A stretch of DNA of 59,505 nucleotides, taken from positions 1 to 59,505 of IMG/VR virus record IMGVR_UViG_3300025141_000095; one strand, given 5' to 3'. This DNA comes from a virus. Taxonomy: Duplodnaviria; Caudoviricetes. Position 1 is the stretch's first letter; every line of letters begins with the position of its first letter. Under the pieces are notes generated by a model, which saw only the letters and a program-made list of their open reading frames with translations, was not told where the DNA came from and ran no database searches. This document shows positions 9,549 to 18,505 of this stretch, piece by piece. The position numbers were made by a program, and so were the translations under genes.

Positions 9549-9848
9549 TTAATCCATGGCCGGCTCAGCAGCAAAGCCTCCCTCGGGCGGGGGCCCGTCA
9601 GGGCCTCCCATCGCCTGATCAATCGCGTCTCTTGCTGCTGCCATTCCCGCGGCAAATGCCTCTTCGGGGGATAGCTGGCTGATGTCGTCAACATGAACTT
9701 CCGTGCCGGGAGTGCTAATGTCGAGAGCTTCACCGCCTTCTTCGTGGGGACAACCTTCTTCCATAGCAGAGCCATCATCATTACGATTCACTGTCTCGTG
9801 CAAGAAATATCTTGGGTCGATTCTTTTTACATTTTTTCTGCGTGCCAT
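9549..9848 (-). CDS. Small acidic protein with basic N-terminus; possible prohead core component (99 aa)
   Basis: AAGGA SD upstream; lies between portal and protease, where T4 has small core proteins; very D/E-rich. Confidence 0.55.
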   Translation of the reverse strand: MARRKNVKRIDPRYFLHETVNRNDDGSAMEEGCPHEEGGEALDISTPGTEVHVDDISQLSPEEAFAAGMAAARDAIDQAMGGPDGPPPEGGFAAEPAMD

Positions 9849-9869
9849 TGTATTATTCCTTTAAAGTAG

Positions 9870-9920
9870 TCAACTGCCTTTGCAGCATCGTCGTACTGGT
9901 TGTAACATCCATTTAGTCAT
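9870..9920 (-). CDS. 16-aa micro-ORF MTKWMLQPVRRCCKGS
   Basis: AGGAGGAGGAG directly upstream of the ATG at 9920; overlaps the upstream stop and fills an otherwise empty gap. Confidence 0.55.
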   Translation of the reverse strand: MTKWMLQPVRRCCKGS

Positions 9921-10239
9921 TTTTTACTCCTCCTCCTATTTGTATTCCATCATCACAGATAATCATATTTAGGGCATATGAAGTGCCCGAGCTTAAGCAT
10001 CCCAACAAAAACCCCGTAACAGGATTTAAGTTATCAAAAATAAATAGTTCCGTGTAACCATTAACGCCCCATAGAAATATTCCTACCCAAAATCCTATAC
10101 ACATAGGACAAGAAAAGAAATAATGTTTAGGCCTGATACGATCTAAAATCTTAGAAAAGCAAAGAAGCTGCGTGAGACCATACGCACACAAAATAAATAC
10201 TAGAAGGCTCTCTAGAACAGGCCACATTATGACTTGCAT
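9913..10239 (-). CDS. Small membrane protein with CPMC motif (DUF1360-like)
   Basis: Three hydrophobic segments and FSCPMCIGFWVG motif; TAATG coupling to the upstream gene. Confidence 0.65.
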   Translation of the reverse strand: MQVIMWPVLESLLVFILCAYGLTQLLCFSKILDRIRPKHYFFSCPMCIGFWVGIFLWGVNGYTELFIFDNLNPVTGFLLGCLSSGTSYALNMIICDDGIQIGGGVKND

Positions 10240-10745
10240 TACATCTTGTAGCGAAGCGGGATATAATAATATCCTGGTACCATCGCACCCTTCTCAGCTT
10301 GCTGCGGCACCTCTCCAAGCTCTGTCGAATCCAGATCGGTGGGCTCAGTAAAGTAGTCTTCAAGATTCTTTTCGTATTCCTCGGCCCTCTTCAGAACGTC
10401 AGCTTCGACGGTAATAAACTCTGATATAACATATACTGCTGCCTGAAGGGCATTAGCCTTCTTACTTTCTGGTATTATGCCCTCTAGAGAACTAAAAATA
10501 TTGCCCCCCTGGACACTATCTCTCTCAACAACCCCCTTGTCGGCTAAAAAATCGAAAAGACGTGTTTGTGTTCCATAAGCATCCTCAACGGAGTGGCTCT
10601 TTGGAAATGCCACGACCTTGCTACTTTCTGGCAACAACACAATATCAATAATGTCGTGATCCATTATCAAAAGATTTCCATCTAATGTTTTACGAGCATG
10701 CAGTTCTACAGTTGCCTGCGGGCCGCCGACGTGGATCTTGATCAT
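10239..10745 (-). CDS. Hypothetical protein (168 aa)
   Basis: TAATG-coupled at both ends; ordinary globular composition. Confidence 0.7.
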   Translation of the reverse strand: MIKIHVGGPQATVELHARKTLDGNLLIMDHDIIDIVLLPESSKVVAFPKSHSVEDAYGTQTRLFDFLADKGVVERDSVQGGNIFSSLEGIIPESKKANALQAAVYVISEFITVEADVLKRAEEYEKNLEDYFTEPTDLDSTELGEVPQQAEKGAMVPGYYYIPLRYKM

Positions 10746-11563
10746 TACGAATTTATTTCCCTAACAAGTTCTTGAATGTTTAGAACTCTCGTAACAAGTT
10801 CTTGAGTTGGAGATGCATTCTTAAAGCCTTCTAAAATGTTCAGTACTTTTTTGGTCTTCTCAACCATTTCCTCATCAGTAAAAACTTCTTCCATTTTTAG
10901 TGAGGCTGCGACTGTCTTCTTAAGTCGCCCTATTTCTTCATTTAGATATAACTTTAACTCTAAACCATTGTCAGCAAAAGAAGCAATATATTTACCAAGC
11001 AAATCTTTCTGCTCTTTAAGAAGACCCGTATATCGCTCATTAAACTTCTTCACGAAAGAATGATAAACGATATTATCGATTGGTTCTAACTTGTTCTCTT
11101 CTAACTTTTCTGTAGAGTTCATCATTTTAACCAACAGATCTTCATGCAAAACTCTCTGCTTCACAGGTGTGCTGGTATTGAAAATGGTTGCTACGGTCGC
11201 GAGAGATTTAAAGTTAGGAACAAAAGTATTCCACGCGTCCTTGGAGAGTGTTTTATTAATCTTATTAATTATTCTAGTCTGCGTGTCAAAAATACTCTTG
11301 CCATCCAAAAGCGAGTGAGCCATCTTAGTTTCTTGCAAAAGTTTCTCAGCTAGATACAACTCAAGATCGGTTGTTTCTACTAGTGTTCTATAATACTCCA
11401 ACTCTTTTCCAAGAATTGTAGAGGATCCAAAAGTTTCTTTTATGAGGCCCGAAACAAAGTTCTTTCGCCTAGCGTCTTTATCGACTATGGCGTCAGTCAA
11501 CTCTTTTATCAGTACCTCATATAAAAATGCGGTATTTCTTTTTTTATTGTGTTTTAGTCTCAC
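10745..11563 (-). CDS. Helical hypothetical protein downstream of portal (272 aa)
   Basis: Long ORF overlapping the portal end, coupled to the next gene; K/E/L-rich helical composition. Confidence 0.7.
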   Translation of the reverse strand: MRLKHNKKRNTAFLYEVLIKELTDAIVDKDARRKNFVSGLIKETFGSSTILGKELEYYRTLVETTDLELYLAEKLLQETKMAHSLLDGKSIFDTQTRIINKINKTLSKDAWNTFVPNFKSLATVATIFNTSTPVKQRVLHEDLLVKMMNSTEKLEENKLEPIDNIVYHSFVKKFNERYTGLLKEQKDLLGKYIASFADNGLELKLYLNEEIGRLKKTVAASLKMEEVFTDEEMVEKTKKVLNILEGFKNASPTQELVTRVLNIQELVREINS

Positions 11564-13550
11564 TTGTTATGATCTCCGCTTCTTTTTCTTCTAGTTCGGT
11601 AATTAGCTTTTGAATACCTCTAGTGTTCTCAAGTAATTTTGTTTCTTCATCATCTCTATAAATAGGCTCTAACTCTTCATAAAGTGCGTTGATGTTTAAA
11701 AGCTCGTGTCCTGGGAAGATATTTCTATGTGCTGTCTTGGCGCCGCCGCGGGCGAGGCTGCGCAACTTTCGTTTTGTCGGGCCTGATTTGTTAGTGCGGC
11801 TGCGTTTTGATTTTACAGGGTAATAAGGCTTCCCGTGTGATTTCGCCGCAAGACTATTTGCTGTCGGATTATCTTCTCGGCGTGCTGGGGCCGCCAAGAG
11901 CGCGCTCTCTTCGCCTTCTCCTGTGGCGCCACCGGCTCCAGGTTCGCCACCCAACTCGCCACCTAACTCGCCGGCAGGTTCGCCACCTAACTCGCCGCCA
12001 AGGTCGCCGCCAAGGTCGCCGCCAAGGTCGCCGCCAAGGTCGCCGCCAAGGCCGCCGCCAAGGCCGCCGCCGGCCATTTCTGCCGCGGCAGTCTCTGTAA
12101 TGGCGTCAAGAGCTGCTTGATATTTGCGATCGTAAAAAGCTTCGCGCTGGTTACGTAAGAACTCTTCATCAGTTAGATTGAGAATATTCTTAGCAATCCA
12201 GTGCTTACTAAACATGCCTTCAACAACGTTGTTGGCAAGATCAAACTTAGTTCGCAAATGTTCTATTTCCTGAAGCTCGGCGATCTTAGAGGGATTGTTC
12301 AAAACCAGTTTGAAGGAAATCAGATCAGGACCTCTATACCCCAAAGTGAATAAATGAACAACAGCAATCTTTTCAAGCTCTGACAAGAAGGCTCTCTGAA
12401 GTCTCTGAATCGTTCGTGCAAAACGAACATCTTTTTGAGCAAGCGTTGTCTTGTCTTCTTCGCCGCCTTCGGTCATTGACAAATATGAATGAGGAATCTT
12501 GATAGCAGAGAATAGCTTATCTCGAATATACTTTACATCATCAATATCGTTAAGCTGAGATGCGCCGGCGAGAGTACTGATATCTGAACCGACACCGCCG
12601 CGGATTGGAATAAAGTAATCCTCTTCAACAGATAAGGGATTATATCGCAAGTCAACGCGCCCAGTGGTGGCATCGACTAGGGAGTTTCTCTTCAATGAAG
12701 TCTTAACTTTCTCCATATATTGCTCAACATCTTGCGGCGGAATATTTCCCACATCAATCTTAAACATGCGACGCTCGGGGGCTCGCACGACGCGATAAGC
12801 CAGCATCGCGTCTTCAATCAAAACCAACTGGCGCCAAATGCGTCGAGCTGGATCTAAGACGGAGGTGCCATAGGGTGCATGCTTATCGTTTCCAAGAATG
12901 CGGAAGTGTGCCAACTGCCAGTTCTCAAATGTCATATTGGCTGAATTCCATTGATACTGAACGTAGTTGGGGTTTGTGGGATCTTGCCCCTCGAGTCTTT
13001 CCACTTCTCCGGACGGAAGACCGATAACACTCTTGACCCCGAGAACTTCATCGATGTCTAAATAAAGAAAAAAATCTCCATACTTACACATTGTTCTTGC
13101 CCAGCCAAAAGCGTTGAATTCGATATTGAGGGCATCATAATAAAGCGCCTCTAAGATACTTTTGATCTCTTCATTGCGACATTCAATCTTGATTAGCTTA
13201 TTAAACTCATTTGAGGTGGTCATCTCATCAGCATAAATATCCATTGCCGATGCTATCTCGGGCATAAACTCCATCTGATCGAAATCGATATATCGCTCGT
13301 TACGATTCTGGTTCCGCATTGCAGCGGAAGTAAGCATGTTATAGTTTCTGGAAAGGTTATCGGCTGAACGTTTGAACTGTTGGCCGCTGGCACTTTTAAA
13401 GCGATACTGATATTTATCCAGCGCTGAGCGTCGTTCTTCGCGAGTAAACTGGGCGCGATAGTTAATCAGAGGTCCCGAGAGGAGCCTGGTTAATCTCTTG
13501 AAAAGAGGTGACGCTGGGTTGCGTGGGTTGTTTTCGTCGTTGGCTGCCAT
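11544..13550 (-). CDS. gp20: Portal vertex protein, T4 gp20-like
   Basis: PEIASAMDIYADE, YGTSVLDPARRIWRQLVLIEDAMLAYRVVRAPERRMFKIDVGNIPP, EEDYFIPIRG and DDVKYIRDKLFSAIKIP motifs. Confidence 0.95.
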   Translation of the reverse strand: MAANDENNPRNPASPLFKRLTRLLSGPLINYRAQFTREERRSALDKYQYRFKSASGQQFKRSADNLSRNYNMLTSAAMRNQNRNERYIDFDQMEFMPEIASAMDIYADEMTTSNEFNKLIKIECRNEEIKSILEALYYDALNIEFNAFGWARTMCKYGDFFLYLDIDEVLGVKSVIGLPSGEVERLEGQDPTNPNYVQYQWNSANMTFENWQLAHFRILGNDKHAPYGTSVLDPARRIWRQLVLIEDAMLAYRVVRAPERRMFKIDVGNIPPQDVEQYMEKVKTSLKRNSLVDATTGRVDLRYNPLSVEEDYFIPIRGGVGSDISTLAGASQLNDIDDVKYIRDKLFSAIKIPHSYLSMTEGGEEDKTTLAQKDVRFARTIQRLQRAFLSELEKIAVVHLFTLGYRGPDLISFKLVLNNPSKIAELQEIEHLRTKFDLANNVVEGMFSKHWIAKNILNLTDEEFLRNQREAFYDRKYQAALDAITETAAAEMAGGGLGGGLGGDLGGDLGGDLGGDLGGELGGEPAGELGGELGGEPGAGGATGEGEESALLAAPARREDNPTANSLAAKSHGKPYYPVKSKRSRTNKSGPTKRKLRSLARGGAKTAHRNIFPGHELLNINALYEELEPIYRDDEETKLLENTRGIQKLITELEEKEAEIITSETKTQ
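11993..12071. repeat. 12-bp tandem repeat (cgccgccaagg[t/c]) x ~6.5 encoding (GG[G/D]L)n in the portal tail
   Basis: Four exact units at 11993-12040 and two variant units to 12064; degenerate GGEL/GGEP units continue to about 11940. Confidence 0.95.
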
Positions 13551-13554
13551 CTAT

Positions 13555-15141
13555 TTATCCTTTAATAATTCCTAAATATTGCTCATTGAATGCTTTTGCT
13601 TCTTCTATCCGTTGTTCTTCGCTGTGCCTCTTATAGCCCAACATTCCCGGAATTGATGTATTCATTGTCCTAGTAGACGTCGACATTGATAAAAGAGCAT
13701 TCTTATTATATTCTACCATTCTTTGGTTCTCGACTAAAACTGTATCTCTCACCCAGCACCCAATAGCAAATGACATAACTAAATCATCATTATATGATCT
13801 CATCGCTTGCGCTCGGCCGTTGTGCCAAACAAATGTTTTCATCTCTGATAACAGGCGATTAGAGTTAATCTTAATTAGTTTGTTTCTCATAAACTCTTCC
13901 ATCTTTGCTATCACCAAAGGCCTCGTCTTAGAAGAGGTTGTAAACCCGGGAACGATATTCGACATCCACTGGGCTTGTATAGGGTCAACATAATCATGGG
14001 AAGACTTTGTAGAATGGTAAACATTATTATAGCCCTTATCTTTAAGTTTATTAAGTACAGCAAAGCCAATATTGTTATTCTCGGCTACTACCATGCACGT
14101 GCCATATTCGGTACCGGCATCAAATAACATATCAGCATAATCATCTGGATTTGGCTTGCCGATATATTCCGCGACTATCTCCATAGTCTCTAGCTTGAAG
14201 ATATGAAATGCCGAGTTATCCTGACCATCACCTCTTGCTATGTCTGCCGAGAGAAGATATGTGCTATCTGATTGATGTTCTTCCCAGATCCAATAGTTGC
14301 GATCAAAGCCGGTACGATATTTGGGCTCTTTAGTGTTTTCAAAATAATGAATAATGTCGTCTGGATGTATAACGGTTTCGCCTGAAACATTGAAGTTGCA
14401 CTCAAGTTCTTGTGCAATCTGGCGACGAGACATGTTCTTTGTCTCTTTTTCATACCACAATTGGTCCCGATCGGGATGCACATTCCACAGAAGCGTAGTC
14501 ATATGAAAAGCATTTGTACCCGCTTCTGCCTCGACACATGTTTTGTGGAACCAGTTGCCAACGCCATTGGGAGTAGAAAGAGCAATACAACGACCACCGG
14601 TTGATAGGGTGGGGTACAATGCGGTCCAAAGCTCTTCTAGTGCCTCAACATGTGCAGCCTCATCAACAACCAATAAAGATAACGCTTCCGAACGGCCGGC
14701 ATCCGAAGAGGTTGAAGATGCTTTAATCTGGGAACCATTAGTAAGTTCAAACGAAGTCCGGTTATCAATATGAATCTCCGAGATTCTCATCCAAGGAGGA
14801 AGCTGCTTCATGATCTTCTTTACTTTGCGAACCAGATTGGTTGCCGTTTGAAGCTTCGTAGCTACAACTAAAATGTTCTTGTCGCGATGAAACAGCATTA
14901 GCCACACAATATATGCTGCTGTGATGGTGGAAATACCAAGCTGGCGCGCTTTTAAAATAACATTAAAGCGGTAATCGTTAAAATCTCTTAGAAGATCGTC
15001 TTGAAAATCATAGGTCTTAAAAGGAATAAGACCTTTCTGTGGGTGGGATATCTTACAATAGTTCGTGATGAAGTGTATCGGGTCTTTGCCTGATTTTACT
15101 ACTTCTTTCAGAATCTCTTGCTTAGTAAGCTGATATCCCAT
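13555..15141 (-). CDS. gp17: Terminase large subunit, T4 gp17-like
   Basis: YDFQ adenine-binding motif, KARQLGIST Walker A, LLVVDEAAH Walker B, STPNG coupling motif, nuclease ADIARGDGQD and NDDLVMS; adjacent to portal. Confidence 0.95.
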   Translation of the reverse strand: MGYQLTKQEILKEVVKSGKDPIHFITNYCKISHPQKGLIPFKTYDFQDDLLRDFNDYRFNVILKARQLGISTITAAYIVWLMLFHRDKNILVVATKLQTATNLVRKVKKIMKQLPPWMRISEIHIDNRTSFELTNGSQIKASSTSSDAGRSEALSLLVVDEAAHVEALEELWTALYPTLSTGGRCIALSTPNGVGNWFHKTCVEAEAGTNAFHMTTLLWNVHPDRDQLWYEKETKNMSRRQIAQELECNFNVSGETVIHPDDIIHYFENTKEPKYRTGFDRNYWIWEEHQSDSTYLLSADIARGDGQDNSAFHIFKLETMEIVAEYIGKPNPDDYADMLFDAGTEYGTCMVVAENNNIGFAVLNKLKDKGYNNVYHSTKSSHDYVDPIQAQWMSNIVPGFTTSSKTRPLVIAKMEEFMRNKLIKINSNRLLSEMKTFVWHNGRAQAMRSYNDDLVMSFAIGCWVRDTVLVENQRMVEYNKNALLSMSTSTRTMNTSIPGMLGYKRHSEEQRIEEAKAFNEQYLGIIKG

Positions 15142-15150
15142 AGCACGTCG

Positions 15151-15726
15151 CTAGCTACCTTTGCGCGTGTCGTTCTTAGGGCGCGTTTTGCCAGACGTTC
15201 CACCGGCATACGTGGCCTCTTTGCGCCCAAGCGACAGCCAATCTCTGACTGCTTTATCTAGCCGTTCTTCTGATGTGCCCTTGACTTCCTCAACCTCGTT
15301 AAGGCCGCCGATTTTATAATCGCACGTGGCGCAAACATCGGTTCTGTAGTTTGAAAGCTTTTGTACAAGAATTGATGGCTCGCCTATCTTAGTAAGCGTT
15401 AGGCTGTTTCCGGTAATCGCCTTATACTCTTTCTTGAGAAAGGTTGCAATCTTGCCTATCATTCCAGAAATCTCATTTTCAAATCCGTTTTGTGCTACTT
15501 CCTTCAAGCGAGTTTCAGATTGATAAAGGATAGTCAGGTTGGGTCCGCTAAAGCGTACTTTGAATCCATCAGATACGCGTCTATCATTAATAATGTGCCC
15601 TTCTTCTCGTTTTAGACCCACCTTACGCGCGCGCCCGTCTGAGTTTAAAGACTCTTCATGAGAGCCGTCCCAGGCGTTTGCTGCTGCTTGGTTAATTCCT
15701 TGAATGATTTCTAGTACTGTTGCCAT
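15151..15726 (-). CDS. Hypothetical protein (191 aa)
   Basis: GGAG SD upstream; tightly packed in the operon. Confidence 0.7.
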   Translation of the reverse strand: MATVLEIIQGINQAAANAWDGSHEESLNSDGRARKVGLKREEGHIINDRRVSDGFKVRFSGPNLTILYQSETRLKEVAQNGFENEISGMIGKIATFLKKEYKAITGNSLTLTKIGEPSILVQKLSNYRTDVCATCDYKIGGLNEVEEVKGTSEERLDKAVRDWLSLGRKEATYAGGTSGKTRPKNDTRKGS

Positions 15727-15727
15727 A

Positions 15728-16249
15728 TTATTCTCCTGTTCCGGGGTGTTCCATCTCGGGGTTAAGTCCTATCATGTATACATCGGCTCCGGCGTGACCT
15801 ACGGGCTTTACTATATAAGGCGAATCTCCTTCGCCTGGTCGGCTGCCATAACCGCTGGCATCCGGATCTACGTCATGAAGCAGATAATCTTTTACCATGT
15901 TATGGACTTCATCGGCCTGGCGTTCGGCACCTCTCACATAGTGACCCCATCTGTTTCCCGTGTCTATTATGTTGTTCGTGAGATTTTTCTGAATATCAAT
16001 TTTTTGTTCTCCAGAGGGAACGTTCAGCCGACGGAGAAGACCATCGACGGCATCTTTGACTTGGTCGCGAAGCGGAAGATCAAACCTGGTTTGATAACGT
16101 GTCGGATCCTTAGCGGCAAGGCGGGCTCCGCCGCGCGCTCCGCGGGGCATCCCCGGTTCGCCTCCCCCTAGGGGCTCCGCCTCATTCAAAAACCGTCGCC
16201 AGCCTTCATGTAGCTGTTGCTGTTCTTTATAACTGGACCACCTACTCAT
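15728..16249 (-). CDS. Hypothetical protein with LHEGWRRFLNE leader; candidate internal head protein (173 aa)
   Basis: SD upstream, overlaps the previous gene; the leader ends in L-x-E sites. Confidence 0.55.
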   Translation of the reverse strand: MSRWSSYKEQQQLHEGWRRFLNEAEPLGGGEPGMPRGARGGARLAAKDPTRYQTRFDLPLRDQVKDAVDGLLRRLNVPSGEQKIDIQKNLTNNIIDTGNRWGHYVRGAERQADEVHNMVKDYLLHDVDPDASGYGSRPGEGDSPYIVKPVGHAGADVYMIGLNPEMEHPGTGE

Positions 16250-16637
16250 GTTGCTTCTCCTTGCCGGGCCGCCATCCAGACAACCATCGTTCTTCTCTGT
16301 CTTCTATCCATTTAATGTAACATTTCCAACAACATTCAAACTTATTCATGTACAAGTTGTTGCGTACGTCAAACGAATATTTGTCACAAACAGGGCAAAC
16401 CCTATTCGTATCCTTATTAAGTAGTTTTTTGTTTACTAAAAATCCGTCTGTTTCCACTTTCTCAAGTTGGGCTTCGTTTTTCTCAAGCTTCTCGGCAAAA
16501 AGTTTAGATTGCCGAATGTATTCTTGCTCTTTGTCCTCGTCCCAAAACTTGCGAGGGTTGTCGACCGCTTCAGCGCCGTACTTCTGTGCGATAGCCTTCT
16601 CTAGTTTGGGGATGTAGTTGGGATCTTTTTTTGTCAT
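16242..16637 (-). CDS. Zinc-finger hypothetical protein (131 aa)
   Basis: CPVC-x17-CCWKC motif. Confidence 0.65.
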   Translation of the reverse strand: MTKKDPNYIPKLEKAIAQKYGAEAVDNPRKFWDEDKEQEYIRQSKLFAEKLEKNEAQLEKVETDGFLVNKKLLNKDTNRVCPVCDKYSFDVRNNLYMNKFECCWKCYIKWIEDREERWLSGWRPGKEKQHE

Positions 16638-16643
16638 ATGGCA

Positions 16644-17402
16644 TTAAGCTGTTGTATAAGAGCCATCGGGATCAAACCATATCACCCTTTCGTGGTTGGT
16701 GGCATTTCCAGAAAGGCAAAAACCCATCACCCTTATTACACTACCGCTTGCTGTGGGTATTGTGTCGGACATAGTTCCATCTGCCCCTGTTTTGTCCGAT
16801 ATATAAACAGGAACACCGGGATTCCACGGAGACCCATGAGAATAGGTACCAACACGTGCATATCCTTTTAAAAGCATTCCGTGGACATCTGGATCGGTTC
16901 CCATGGCGAATGCCACAAGAGCGGTGCCCGAGGTTGCGACAGAGCCGTCGGTTAGTGCCCAATTGCCGGAAGTGTTTAAATGATAGATCTTACCAGCTAC
17001 CGTAGTACCACCGCCCCACTTCAATATTATTCCACATGCCGCATCAGGATTGCCGGTGATGTCGGCCTCGAAATATTTAAACTCTGTCGTTGCGAAGTCT
17101 TCTACCCAATTAAAATGACCCGGGATGATGCCTGCGGGACTAATAGTCGAAACTTCGTCTGATACATTACGATCAATATTTAATTGAGATTCATTATTGC
17201 CAGTTCCCTGAAGCCACACATTGACAGATCTGGAAAGGCGGTTGGCACTGTGATCAATAATTATTGCGCCTCTCTCTGCTGCGCCAGAAAGACCAAGAAG
17301 ATTGTTAATATTTTCTTTTACAAACTCCAGTATCTGATTTCTTCCGCGGAGCAGATCTGGAAGATAATGATATCCCCTTGAGCGCCAACGAGGTATTTTC
17401 AT
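16644..17402 (-). CDS. Putative virion decoration/cement-like protein (252 aa)
   Basis: The C-terminal GVPVYISDKTG...TIPTASGSVIRVMG pattern resembles DUF2190/capsid-fibre-type beta domains. Confidence 0.5.
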   Translation of the reverse strand: MKIPRWRSRGYHYLPDLLRGRNQILEFVKENINNLLGLSGAAERGAIIIDHSANRLSRSVNVWLQGTGNNESQLNIDRNVSDEVSTISPAGIIPGHFNWVEDFATTEFKYFEADITGNPDAACGIILKWGGGTTVAGKIYHLNTSGNWALTDGSVATSGTALVAFAMGTDPDVHGMLLKGYARVGTYSHGSPWNPGVPVYISDKTGADGTMSDTIPTASGSVIRVMGFCLSGNATNHERVIWFDPDGSYTTA

Positions 17403-17866
17403 TATTTAACGATCTCGGTTGATAATGCAAAAATCCCTAACGATGCCATCGTTCCAATGCCAAAACCTAGAGCGACCAACCACGGTGCCGTGGAGGGCTT
17501 CTGCTTCATTACTAGGTCATAAAGCCTATCATTCTCTGTCGTTTTTAGAATCATCATCTGTTCATGCCGCGATTCCCAGGACTTTATCTCTATATCCTTG
17601 TAGCTTAACTGTAATTCATAGCGCTGTTCTTGCAGATGAAGTTCGTATCCTATGCGCAAATCGCATTCGGCACCTTCGAACTTCTTATCTACTGCAACCT
17701 TTGCTGCAGCGTCCAGCGATAAAAGCACTCCAGCAAACGGCGCGGGATCGCCAGCCTCCAAGGAAACAATATCATATTGAGGGGGAGGTGTTTCTTCATC
17801 TGCAAAAGCATAAGAGGGAAAGACGAGATTAAAAATGATTAATAAAGATAATAGTTTTTTAGCCAT
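17402..17866 (-). CDS. Secreted coiled-coil protein with C-terminal TM; spanin-like candidate (154 aa; start moved to 17866)
   Basis: MAKKLLSLLIIFNLVFPSYAFA signal peptide with an AxA site, then a coiled coil and C-terminal PWLVALGFGIGTMASLGIFAL; overlaps the upstream stop. Confidence 0.55.
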   Translation of the reverse strand: MAKKLLSLLIIFNLVFPSYAFADEETPPPQYDIVSLEAGDPAPFAGVLLSLDAAAKVAVDKKFEGAECDLRIGYELHLQEQRYELQLSYKDIEIKSWESRHEQMMILKTTENDRLYDLVMKQKPSTAPWLVALGFGIGTMASLGIFALSTEIVK

Positions 17867-18275
17867 GTTCAAGTCCGTAAAGTTTAGCAAGCTCTCTTGA
17901 AAGCTTCTCTGGATCATTATAACCCTCATCGATAAGTTTTTTAAGTTCCCTCTTCTTGGCCGAGTTTAGAGTTTCATTTCGCTTAGCATATTCTTCTTCG
18001 AGAGCTTTTAGGTTTTCATTATAAACCTCTAGGGCTTTGGCTTTCTCTTCGGCTTCTTTCTTGTGGGTGTTATTAAGTATCTCTATTTCTTTCTTATAGC
18101 TCTCGCGCTGCCCCTCAAAAGCATCCATCACTGCGCTTATAAAAGCTGAATTTTTTGTCAATGCCCACAACAGTAGGCCAACCAGTGCCAGCAATACCAT
18201 TACTGGTACATACCAATACGCTTTAGCCCAAGCGCGGGCCTTCTTTAAAGAAGTCTTAAGAGCTAACCATTTCAT
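17859..18275 (-). CDS. N-terminal TM plus coiled-coil protein; i-spanin-like candidate (138 aa)
   Basis: YWYVPVMVLLALVGLLLWAL TM followed by a long K/E-rich coiled coil. Confidence 0.55.
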   Translation of the reverse strand: MKWLALKTSLKKARAWAKAYWYVPVMVLLALVGLLLWALTKNSAFISAVMDAFEGQRESYKKEIEILNNTHKKEAEEKAKALEVYNENLKALEEEYAKRNETLNSAKKRELKKLIDEGYNDPEKLSRELAKLYGLEHG

Positions 18276-18460
18276 TATTTAACCCCTTTTAATCTTGCTA
18301 CAGTATCAACAACGCCCTGTGTTCCAATATAAACTACGGTGATCATAGTCCAGTCGGCCGATGCAAGATCGGCAAACCCCAATAAAAAACACGCCGTCAC
18401 CCAAGCTAGTAGCTTGCGAGAAACGACCTTGTTTAATCCTTTATCTAGTAGATGTTTCAT
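18275..18460 (-). CDS. Putative two-TM holin (61 aa; start moved to 18460)
   Basis: GGAG SD before MKHLLDKG; SRKLLAWV..., two short TMs, YIGTQGVVD and a basic C-terminus. Confidence 0.6.
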   Translation of the reverse strand: MKHLLDKGLNKVVSRKLLAWVTACFLLGFADLASADWTMITVVYIGTQGVVDTVARLKGVK

Positions 18461-18476
18461 GATGTTCTCCTTTGTA

Positions 18477-18484
18477 TAATTAGT
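18477..18484 (-). promoter_or_regulatory. Putative late promoter motif ACTAATTA
   Basis: Intergenic, just upstream of the holin SD; one-base variant of ACTATTTA. Confidence 0.55.
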
Positions 18485-18505
18485 AAAGGAAAACAAAGAT
18501 TACAT

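Noticed and set aside
9870-9872. Selenocysteine readthrough of the UGA after RRCCKGS
   Set aside because: No convincing SECIS-like hairpin follows and an in-frame TAA comes three codons later.
11993-12071. Possible CRISPR-like array
   Set aside because: Contiguous 12-bp units with no spacers, in frame within the portal gene.
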